Shown here: piece by piece, positions 56,333 to 64,000 of the stretch
Layout of the letters: each line of letters begins with the position of its first letter
Position numbering within the stretch: position 1 is the stretch's first letter
Assembly: GCA_948750055.1 (NCBI GenBank)
Contig: CAPZVP010000002.1
Span: forward strand, 30,078 to 94,077
Length of the DNA: 64,000 nucleotides
Direction: 5' to 3'
Source: an uncultured Lachnospiraceae bacterium
GTDB taxonomy: Bacteria; Bacillota; Clostridia; Lachnospirales; Lachnospiraceae
The notes under the pieces: model-generated
Told to the model about the DNA's origin: nothing
Database searches by the model: none
Seen by the model: only the letters and a program-made list of their open reading frames with translations
Position numbers and translations under genes: made by a program

Positions 56333-57430
56333 ATGAAAAATATAATGGTAAATAGGCTTGACAGAGGTTTTTATAAGTATCAGTCTGAATTTGAGAACAA
56401 GGCGCTGGAAGTTCTCAGGTCAGGGTGGTATATACTTGGTAAAGAGGTATCAGCTTTTGAAGCTGAATTTGCAGACTACATTGGAACAAAGTACTGTGTT
56501 GGAGTTGCCAGTGGGTTGGATGCACTATGGATCGCGTTTCGCATTCTTGGGATCAGTAAAGGCGATGAGGTTATTGTACAGGGTAACACTTACATAGCAA
56601 GTGTGATGGGAATTACGATCAACGGTGCAACACCGGTTTTTGTAGAGCCTGATGAATACTTTAATATAGATGCGTCCAAAATTGAAGAGAAAATCACAGA
56701 AAGAACAAAGGCAATTCTTGTTGTACATCTGTATGGACAGGCATCTAATATGAAGCCTGTCGTTGATTTGTGCAAAAAGTATAATCTGCGCCTGGTAGAG
56801 GATTGTGCACAATCTCATGGAGCAAAGTTTGATGGTCAGACGACGGGATCGTTTGGAGATATAGGATGTTTTTCTTTTTATCCGTCCAAAAATCTGGGCG
56901 CATTTGGAGATGGGGGAGCAATTGTTACAAATGATGAAGAATTGAATAATGATGCAAGAGTATTTCGTAATTATGGCAGTGAAAAAAGATATTACAATCG
57001 TGTGGTCGGAACGAATTCCAGATTAGACGAAATGCAGGCAGGATTGCTTCGTGTAAGATTGAGCCATATGCAGGAGCTGGAAGAAGAAAAAAGGAATATT
57101 TCAAATAGATATTTAGACGAGCTGCAATCTTCTTCTATTATATTACCACGTATTAGAGAAGGTGCAACACATATATGGCATCAGTTTGTAATCAGAGTGC
57201 AGAGAAGGCAGCAGCTGATAGACTATTTGCTTGAAAAAGGAATTGGTACAATGATTCATTACCCGATTCCACCACATCTTTCAGAGGCATACCGCTGTCT
57301 TCACATTCCGAAGGGGAGCTTGCCGATAACGGAATCATATGCGGAGTCTGTTTTGTCTATTCCGCTTTATAATGGGATGACAGCAGAAGAACAAAACTAT
57401 GTTATTGATGTGATTAATAGATGGAGGTAG
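56333..57430 (+). CDS. fdtB: DegT/DnrJ/EryC1/StrS aminotransferase (dTDP-3-keto-6-deoxyhexose 3-aminotransferase)
   Basis: SGWYILG, VHLYGQ, EDCAQSHGA, FSFYPSKNLGAFGDGG, NSRLDEMQA, IHYPIPPH. Confidence 0.9.
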   Translation: MKNIMVNRLDRGFYKYQSEFENKALEVLRSGWYILGKEVSAFEAEFADYIGTKYCVGVASGLDALWIAFRILGISKGDEVIVQGNTYIASVMGITINGATPVFVEPDEYFNIDASKIEEKITERTKAILVVHLYGQASNMKPVVDLCKKYNLRLVEDCAQSHGAKFDGQTTGSFGDIGCFSFYPSKNLGAFGDGGAIVTNDEELNNDARVFRNYGSEKRYYNRVVGTNSRLDEMQAGLLRVRLSHMQELEEEKRNISNRYLDELQSSSIILPRIREGATHIWHQFVIRVQRRQQLIDYLLEKGIGTMIHYPIPPHLSEAYRCLHIPKGSLPITESYAESVLSIPLYNGMTAEEQNYVIDVINRWR

Positions 57431-57436
57431 GTTCAG

Positions 57437-57856
57437 ATGCATAACATGAATCAAGTAAGAATGATAGATTTTCCGGAACATGGTGATGAGAGAGGACATT
57501 TGGTTATAGTAGAAGGTGGGCAGAATATACCTTTTGAGATCAGAAGAGCGTTTTATATCTATGGTTCTGATCGGGAAGTGGTGAGAGGACAGCACGCTAA
57601 TAGAAAAACAGAGTTTATTTTGATCAATGTAGCCGGAACGAGTAAGGTGAAGGTGAAAGACGGGGAAGGAAATGAAGCTATTTTCTGCCTAAACAGGCCG
57701 CATACCGGTATCTATCTTCCGACTATGGTTTGGAAAGACATGTATGATTTTAGCGAAAATTCGGTGTTACTAGTTTTAGCGAGTGAACATTATGATCCGG
57801 ATGAATATATTCGCGATTATGATACATTTGTACAGGAAATCAAATTAGAGATGTAA
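57437..57856 (+). CDS. fdtA: FdtA/QdtA cupin sugar 3,4-ketoisomerase
   Basis: DERG.L, PFEIRR.FY, RGQHAN, LLVLASEHYD..EYIRDY. Confidence 0.9.
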   Translation: MHNMNQVRMIDFPEHGDERGHLVIVEGGQNIPFEIRRAFYIYGSDREVVRGQHANRKTEFILINVAGTSKVKVKDGEGNEAIFCLNRPHTGIYLPTMVWKDMYDFSENSVLLVLASEHYDPDEYIRDYDTFVQEIKLEM

Positions 57857-57869
57857 AAAGGGGAGATCA

Positions 57870-60008
57870 GTGAAGAAAAAGTATATTATCAGTGGTATTA
57901 TTGGAATAATGTTGACTTTGCTTTGCGCATTTGTAGCATCTTATAAGATTACTTATGTGGAAAACCCAGATTTTTCCATAAATAAGGAGGACTTCATTGA
58001 AGTAAATACTCCAGGTACAGAAATTCAGGAATCATTGAAAATGCCATTTAAATTAGTGAAGGCATGTACAGTTCACGTTAGCAATTATGGCAAGGACAGT
58101 AATTCACGTTGGGAATTTCTTATGCAGGATGCGAAGGGCAGGACTGTTGTTAAGAAACGATTTAATTTTATGGGGGCGTTGAATGGGGATTTTTATAAAA
58201 TAGATTTTGCCAGAACTGTTCGAGTTAAGAAAGATGATATTTATACGATAAAATTTAAGCCTTTAAAAATAAATGATGTTAATAAATTGGTATTTTCTAT
58301 AGATGGAGTTGGGAGCAGATACGCAGAAGGAGCAGTTCTATCTGTAGACGGAGAGGAGAAAGAGGGTACGCTGTGTCTGACCTTACAGGGAGGGGATGTA
58401 GATTATTTCTGGGTGAGGATTACTATTTTTATAGGTATCGTGATTATACTTTGCGTTTGGCGAGGGATGAAGCTTGCAGATATGAATAAAGACTGGAGCG
58501 AGGATACTTTGTTGAGGGCAATGCTGGTAGGAGCGGTAGTGTTTCTATTATATCTTCCATATGCGGACACAAGGGCAGGCTTGACACTTATGGATGAGAA
58601 CGATAACATAAGTGCAGGTATGTTGATTGCCTCTGGCAGAGTGATCTACCGTGATTATGTTTCTCAGCATATGCCGTTTGCTTATTATTTATGTGCTGTT
58701 TATTCTTTGCTTGGCGCTTCTTCGGTAGAACAGATGAGAATATTATTTTATTTAACGCTGGGGATTGCCTGGGCTGGAATGTATGTGCGGTATCATAAGG
58801 AGTATGGGAATCGGATAATGTTTTGGATTCCAGTGCTGGTAAGTCTGTTTTCTAAGGCACTGATTGGCCTGACGGCATCAATGGTGATGTCTGATGTCAT
58901 TCAGGAAATAAGCATGGTTCTTTTGTTATTAGAATTTATGCAGTATAGAAGAAATCGTGAACTCGGGTGGGACAGAGCGATAGTTGTTTCGCTGGGAGTA
59001 TGGATGGCATTTGGCAGTGCTTTCATCAGTGCCTATAGTATCTTTATTTTGAGTATTGGATTTTTGATATTAGAAATAGGTAGATGGTGGAATAATGGGT
59101 GGAAATTTAAGGAAGCGGTGAGAAGATATTTACCGCTGATGATTTGTGGAATAATACCTCCGACAGTAGGAGTGGTGTATCTTACAGCTAATGGTGCACT
59201 GTATCAATGCTATAAACAGGCATATTTACTTAATCGAGAAGTGTATTCAAATTATCAGGATATTGGGGGAAATTTATTCGCACCTTTTTTCACGGGTATA
59301 TATTCCATGTTTGATGAGTTTGGTAAAAGCTTATTGGATATCTGCAATGCTAACTCACAGGCGTATAGTATTTTCCTTTTACTATTAATAGGCAGTTATG
59401 TTTCAATAGCTTTTACAAAAGTTGGTAAAGAAAAAGGCTCTTTTGTTTATTGGGTATTCCTTACATTCTTTATATGTGCCGGTGCCAGTCGGGGAGTGGG
59501 AAATACACATGGATTAGCATTTTGGGGGCTTTTGATTACGATAGTGATTATAGAAGGAAATGAAATATGGAAAACGAACTGGCATCCCGGGTTAGTGGTT
59601 ATGTGCGCAGTTATATTTGGCTTGCTGCTAAGACCATATTGGGAGGCAGTTATTGATAATATGACAAAAGAGCAATATGTGGTTAATTCGGAAGAAAGGC
59701 GTATTATTGAGGAGACAGAAGTGGGGGATCAGATTTTTATAGATACGTATAGCTATTCACCGGTATATTTTATTGCCAAGGGGAGATACCCTGCAAATCG
59801 AGCAGGCTGGGTTCTTCCGTGGTTTATGGACTGGTATGAAGAATGGGCAGTGCAGGATCTGATGGAGAAACAACCAGAAGTAGTGATTTGGAAGCCTGAT
59901 TTGGAAATCTGGGGATGGAATGATTTTTGTCATGAATTAAAGGACTATGTTTGCGCGAATTATATGAGAGCAAATGAAAATGCTTTCATTTGGGAGCGCA
60001 TTGAGTAA
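57870..60008 (+). CDS. Large polytopic GT-C-like membrane protein with N-terminal extracytoplasmic domain
   Basis: MDENDN and IYRDYVSQHMP motifs typical of ArnT/GtrII-like enzymes; many TM. Confidence 0.6.
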   Translation: MKKKYIISGIIGIMLTLLCAFVASYKITYVENPDFSINKEDFIEVNTPGTEIQESLKMPFKLVKACTVHVSNYGKDSNSRWEFLMQDAKGRTVVKKRFNFMGALNGDFYKIDFARTVRVKKDDIYTIKFKPLKINDVNKLVFSIDGVGSRYAEGAVLSVDGEEKEGTLCLTLQGGDVDYFWVRITIFIGIVIILCVWRGMKLADMNKDWSEDTLLRAMLVGAVVFLLYLPYADTRAGLTLMDENDNISAGMLIASGRVIYRDYVSQHMPFAYYLCAVYSLLGASSVEQMRILFYLTLGIAWAGMYVRYHKEYGNRIMFWIPVLVSLFSKALIGLTASMVMSDVIQEISMVLLLLEFMQYRRNRELGWDRAIVVSLGVWMAFGSAFISAYSIFILSIGFLILEIGRWWNNGWKFKEAVRRYLPLMICGIIPPTVGVVYLTANGALYQCYKQAYLLNREVYSNYQDIGGNLFAPFFTGIYSMFDEFGKSLLDICNANSQAYSIFLLLLIGSYVSIAFTKVGKEKGSFVYWVFLTFFICAGASRGVGNTHGLAFWGLLITIVIIEGNEIWKTNWHPGLVVMCAVIFGLLLRPYWEAVIDNMTKEQYVVNSEERRIIEETEVGDQIFIDTYSYSPVYFIAKGRYPANRAGWVLPWFMDWYEEWAVQDLMEKQPEVVIWKPDLEIWGWNDFCHELKDYVCANYMRANENAFIWERIE

Positions 60009-60073
60009 GCATTAAAGCAGGAGCGAAGTGTCGGGTATATACAAACAGAGAGAAGAAGGAGTCGGGCACAGGG

Positions 60074-61444
60074 ATGAGAGAACTGGATTTTTTATTTGTG
60101 TATGAGCATAAAGTGAGGGAATTGGAGAACTTGTGCCTGATCAAGTATGAACTTGATAAAAGGGGATATAGAACGGAAATACGCTATATAGAGGCAGCGG
60201 AGAATGAATTGGCTGTGAAGCCTTTCATTCATACAAAGGTACTACTGGTTATGGCTTGCTATGATAATACAGCCTTGGCATGGCAGATCAAAAACTATGT
60301 TAAATTCGATAAAATAATTGACATGCAGTGGGAGAACATTGTTTATCCTAAGGATGAGAAGCGGGAAGGTGCATTCAAGAATTACAAAGAGATTGGGAAG
60401 GCAGTTCCTCATGTTTCATGGGGAGAGCAGAATGCAAAGAGACTTCTTGAGGCGGCGCATCTGGATAAGAAGATGGTAAAGTTGACCGGGCATGTGGGCA
60501 TGGATTTTCTTCGAGAGCCTTTGTGCAGGTATTATCTTGGAAGAGAAGAGTTGTTTCTGAAGTATGATATTCCAAAGGCAGATAAGGTCATCTTCTTCGC
60601 ATCGCCATACTACGGAGATATGTTGCCGCAGGAGTATATTGAAGAGATGTGTATGCGATTTGGGGATAATTGGACAGACTATTACAGGTTTATGTGTGAC
60701 TCGCAGAAAATCATATTAAGTTGGCTGGAGAAAATTTGTATAGAATATCCAAATATCCAAGTCATATTTAGACCACATCCGGGACATCCAAGCATTATGG
60801 CGGAGAAATTGGCCAATAGATGTGAGAATTTTCGTCTGATCAGTGGGGAATCAGTGAAACAGTGGATTGTTGTTTGTGATAAAGTGTATACTGGCAACAG
60901 TTCGGTGGTAGTAGAGGCGTTTTTTGCAAAGAAGATGTGTCAGCTGCTATTTCCGTTGCCTGTAACAGAAGGATTTGAACTGAAGCTGATTTCGGATTCC
61001 AGAAAATTGACAAGTTATGAGGAATTTTGCGCTTCCATTATGGCGCGGGAAGAAGAATTTCCGACTCCTCAACGCAGTATAGAAGAGATCTATCTGGTGG
61101 ATTGGGATACGCCCAGCTACATCAAATTTGCTGATATGGCAGAAGAAGTTTTAAAAGATGATGCATACCGGCTGACGAAGGAACAGCTTAATGGAATTCA
61201 TAATTATTCCGGTTTGGTAAAAATTATGAAAGCAATTTGCAGAATTGATGCGTTATATCAAATTTATTTGAGTATGCTGGACAATAAAAGTTTGAAATGG
61301 TCGTTTCTGGAGAACCAACGGCAGCTGCGACAGAAGGCATATAATAATGAGAGTGCTCACAAACATGAATTGACAAGTGATCAGGAAATCCAGGAGATCA
61401 TACGGAGAATTAAAAATGCAGAAATACACGAATCTAATCTCTGA
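60074..61444 (+). CDS. Surface carbohydrate biosynthesis protein, GT-B-like with RPHP motif
   Basis: EHKVRELE, TGH..MD, IFRPHP, NSS..VEA; soluble. Confidence 0.55.
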   Translation: MRELDFLFVYEHKVRELENLCLIKYELDKRGYRTEIRYIEAAENELAVKPFIHTKVLLVMACYDNTALAWQIKNYVKFDKIIDMQWENIVYPKDEKREGAFKNYKEIGKAVPHVSWGEQNAKRLLEAAHLDKKMVKLTGHVGMDFLREPLCRYYLGREELFLKYDIPKADKVIFFASPYYGDMLPQEYIEEMCMRFGDNWTDYYRFMCDSQKIILSWLEKICIEYPNIQVIFRPHPGHPSIMAEKLANRCENFRLISGESVKQWIVVCDKVYTGNSSVVVEAFFAKKMCQLLFPLPVTEGFELKLISDSRKLTSYEEFCASIMAREEEFPTPQRSIEEIYLVDWDTPSYIKFADMAEEVLKDDAYRLTKEQLNGIHNYSGLVKIMKAICRIDALYQIYLSMLDNKSLKWSFLENQRQLRQKAYNNESAHKHELTSDQEIQEIIRRIKNAEIHESNL

Positions 61445-62897
61445 GAAAAAACTTGCTTTAGTTTCCATTTTTTTATTATGTGTTTCTGTTATTCCGCTTT
61501 TGATATTAGGAAGATATAATGTTATGTCTGCAGATGATTACAGCTATGGAATAGGGGTGCATGATACCTGGGTTGAAACCGGGTCTTTGTTACAGGCGGT
61601 GCAATCTGCCATAGCGCACACAAAGGAATTTTACTATAGTTGGCAGGGGACTTATACATCATGTTTCCTGATGTCAATGTGTCCGATGCATTTTGGAATA
61701 AAGAATGTATTTGTGGTGCCTGTTATAATGATCGGAATGTTTTCTTCATCTACCTACCTGTTAATAAGACAAATTTTTGTAAGATGGTTTGGCGGAAATA
61801 AGATTTCGTATATTTATATTGGCTGTTTATTGCTTTTTTTGTATTGGCAGGTATTGGATGGGCCCGCTGATGGGATTTATTGGTATAATGGCGCGACACA
61901 TTACATTCTTATGCAGTCATTCCTGTTTTTCATGATAACGGCGGTTTCTGACATTATTTGGACTGAATACAGGTGGAAAAGTATTACCTGGTGTATTATT
62001 GCATCAGTGGATGGATTACTTGTAGGTGGAGGAAATTTGGTAACAGGCCTGCAGGCGCAGATTCTTCTATTCTTACTGCTGATGTATTCTTTTCTGAAAA
62101 TAAGAAAAACAGCGGTGTATGTGTTAATACCACTGGTGTGTTTTATGGTTGGTTTTTTGGTCAATATAGCAGCACCGGGAAATGTTGCAAGAAGTGGTGT
62201 GTCTTCAGAAGGATATTCCGCTTTTGTCTCGATTATAGCGTCATTTTATTATGCGGCTGTTTATGTAGGAAGGTGGACTTCAATCATGGTCGTTTTGGTA
62301 TGGGCCGCTGCTGTACCGGTCATGTGGAAAATCGGTCGGGAAGCACGAAGGAAGTTTCCGTATCCTGTATTAGTGACATTAGGGAGTTTCTGCCTGATTG
62401 CTGCAATGTTTACACCGTCTCTTTACGCGATTGGACAAGTGGGACAGGAAAGGATCAATAATATTATTCAGATGGTTTATTATCTGGTGCTTTTTTCAGT
62501 TACGACGTATTGGTTTGGGTGGTTGACGCACAAGAAAAAGATGACGATTTTGGAGAATTTGTTTGAGAAATACAGTAATGTTTTGGCACTGGGATGTATA
62601 GTGGCATTCATAGCAGTGTGGATATTTACCGCGGATAAGAACACATATGCGGGTATTTCGGCTCTTCGTTCTCTTGTTAAGGGAGAGGCGGCAGTTTTTT
62701 ATGAGGAAGAAATGGAACGATATGAAATGTACACAGATGAAGAGATAAAAGACGTTGTTGTGGCGACACATTCCGCACGCCCGTATGTATTTGATTCACG
62801 GGATGTATCTTGGGATGTTGACCATTGGATTAATGTGACAATGGCACATTACTATCATAAAAACAGTATTATGAGATTGATAGATGTGGATTCGTAG
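61416..62897 (+). CDS. Polytopic membrane protein, GT-C/DUF6056-like (paralog of 9517-11055)
   Basis: Shares GRYNVM.ADDY, WQGTY.SCFLM, GIYWYNGATHY, GGGNLVTGLQA, DKNTYAGISALRSL with 9517. Confidence 0.7.
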   Translation: MQKYTNLISEKKLALVSIFLLCVSVIPLLILGRYNVMSADDYSYGIGVHDTWVETGSLLQAVQSAIAHTKEFYYSWQGTYTSCFLMSMCPMHFGIKNVFVVPVIMIGMFSSSTYLLIRQIFVRWFGGNKISYIYIGCLLLFLYWQVLDGPADGIYWYNGATHYILMQSFLFFMITAVSDIIWTEYRWKSITWCIIASVDGLLVGGGNLVTGLQAQILLFLLLMYSFLKIRKTAVYVLIPLVCFMVGFLVNIAAPGNVARSGVSSEGYSAFVSIIASFYYAAVYVGRWTSIMVVLVWAAAVPVMWKIGREARRKFPYPVLVTLGSFCLIAAMFTPSLYAIGQVGQERINNIIQMVYYLVLFSVTTYWFGWLTHKKKMTILENLFEKYSNVLALGCIVAFIAVWIFTADKNTYAGISALRSLVKGEAAVFYEEEMERYEMYTDEEIKDVVVATHSARPYVFDSRDVSWDVDHWINVTMAHYYHKNSIMRLIDVDS

Positions 62898-62914
62898 TTT
62901 GTGAGGTAATTGAC

Positions 62915-63979
62915 ATGAAGCTGATAGATGTGCTTAAGCGGTCAGAAAAGCTGGTATATTGGAATCGCTGCAGAATACATCGTAATAATCCTGAATTTAG
63001 GCATATGGTTCTGGATGGATATGGAAATCCTGATTTTCTGGAAATGCACACTTTTGGAAGCGAGTATGAGGGCAAAACAATCTACCTGGTCGAGGAAAGA
63101 GGGGCGGGGGTAGGTTTTTTTGCAGAGTTTGGCGTTACGCTGATTGAACTGTATTTTGCTGACGAGCGGGGATTTACGCCGTATGTGCGTTGGGGTAAGG
63201 ATTATCTTTACTTTGAGCCTGATGGTATCGATGGAGAGAAAAATGCATTTCTCTATTTTTTTTCTCCTGTTTCCGAGGTGGAGAATGTTGATCATGCCTG
63301 CCATGTAATCAAAACAGAAGAGAGTCATTATGTTCAGGTGAAAGCTCAATTTGATGCAGTCAGCTATGATGTATCTGATGCGTATGTGGATGCCATGGCC
63401 CGCATGGTGAAGAAATACATACGCTACAATAAGCAGACGGGAGAATATTTGGAGCAGGAATATCAGAGACTTCTGGGTGAAGGAAAGGTGCTGGGAGTTC
63501 ATTTCAGAGGAACAGATTTCCGAAAGGGTTATAATAATCATCCTATTCCGGTACAGATTGAACAGGAGATTGAGAGGGTCCAGGAGCTGCTTGATCAATC
63601 CGGATATGACAGGATTTTTCTGGCTACGGATGAGCAGGCGGCTGTGGATCGCTTTCGGGCTGCGTTTGGAGAGAAGGTTTGTATTTACGAAGATACCTTT
63701 CGAGATCAGGGAACGGATGAATCGATCGCTTTTAGTGATGATAAGCGGAAGCAGCATCGCTATCATCTGGCGCGAGAGGTGGTACGGGATCAGTATGCAT
63801 TGACGCGTTGCGATGGACTGGTGTGTGGTTATTCGAATGTGACATTTATTGCACGTGTTATGCGGCGAGCGTGGTATGACAGAAGCTGGGAAGATTTTGT
63901 ACTGATCGATAATGGCCTCTATCATAATAATAATGCTTTTTCACAGAGCAATAACAGTCGAAAAAGAGCAAGAAGGTAA
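62915..63979 (+). CDS. Fucosyltransferase-like GT-B protein (NodZ/GT23/O-FucT-like)
   Basis: GFFA N-terminal motif, LGVHFRGTD, IFLATDE, L..CD.LV...SNV. Confidence 0.72.
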   Translation: MKLIDVLKRSEKLVYWNRCRIHRNNPEFRHMVLDGYGNPDFLEMHTFGSEYEGKTIYLVEERGAGVGFFAEFGVTLIELYFADERGFTPYVRWGKDYLYFEPDGIDGEKNAFLYFFSPVSEVENVDHACHVIKTEESHYVQVKAQFDAVSYDVSDAYVDAMARMVKKYIRYNKQTGEYLEQEYQRLLGEGKVLGVHFRGTDFRKGYNNHPIPVQIEQEIERVQELLDQSGYDRIFLATDEQAAVDRFRAAFGEKVCIYEDTFRDQGTDESIAFSDDKRKQHRYHLAREVVRDQYALTRCDGLVCGYSNVTFIARVMRRAWYDRSWEDFVLIDNGLYHNNNAFSQSNNSRKRARR

Positions 63980-64000
63980 GGAATTGACGTTAGACTATTT

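Noticed and set aside
5208..63263. Homopolymer runs of 7-8 A/T (e.g. near 5208, 18078, 40585, 45155, 63256) as phase-variation tracts
   Set aside because: Short, encode ordinary Phe/Lys codons, frames are intact, and no long poly-G/C tracts were seen

Overview
The whole 64 kb window is one large cell-surface glycan biosynthesis and decoration region from a Gram-positive anaerobe. Gene content and SigA-type promoters suggest a Clostridia/Lachnospiraceae-like gut bacterium; that assignment is inference. It holds about 52 CDS, nearly all on the + strand. These include roughly 20 cytoplasmic glycosyltransferases (GT2, GT4, three GT11-like, GT17-like, GT-D/DUF1792, a WecB/TagA-GT4 fusion and a fucosyltransferase-like protein), three PglK/Wzk-like ABC half-transporters, one Wzx and two Wzy-like proteins. 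There are about seven GT-C-like polytopic proteins and two polyprenyl-phosphate sugar synthases. Tailoring enzymes include an AsnB-like amidotransferase, MBOAT + SGNH O-acylation proteins, two hexapeptide acetyltransferases, a pyruvyltransferase, a radical SAM enzyme and a GH88/GH105-like hydrolase, alongside WecB, an SDR epimerase and a dTDP-3-amino-3,6-dideoxyhexose pathway. The only gene unrelated to glycans is an inverted Uma2 nuclease. Non-coding features include a 2x78-bp triple-hairpin tandem repeat, mutually exclusive hairpins ahead of the radical SAM gene, and several promoters. GC content visibly falls from left to right, suggesting a mosaic. All family calls come from motif recognition by eye, not database searches. 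No rRNA, tRNA, CRISPR array or transposase was seen.
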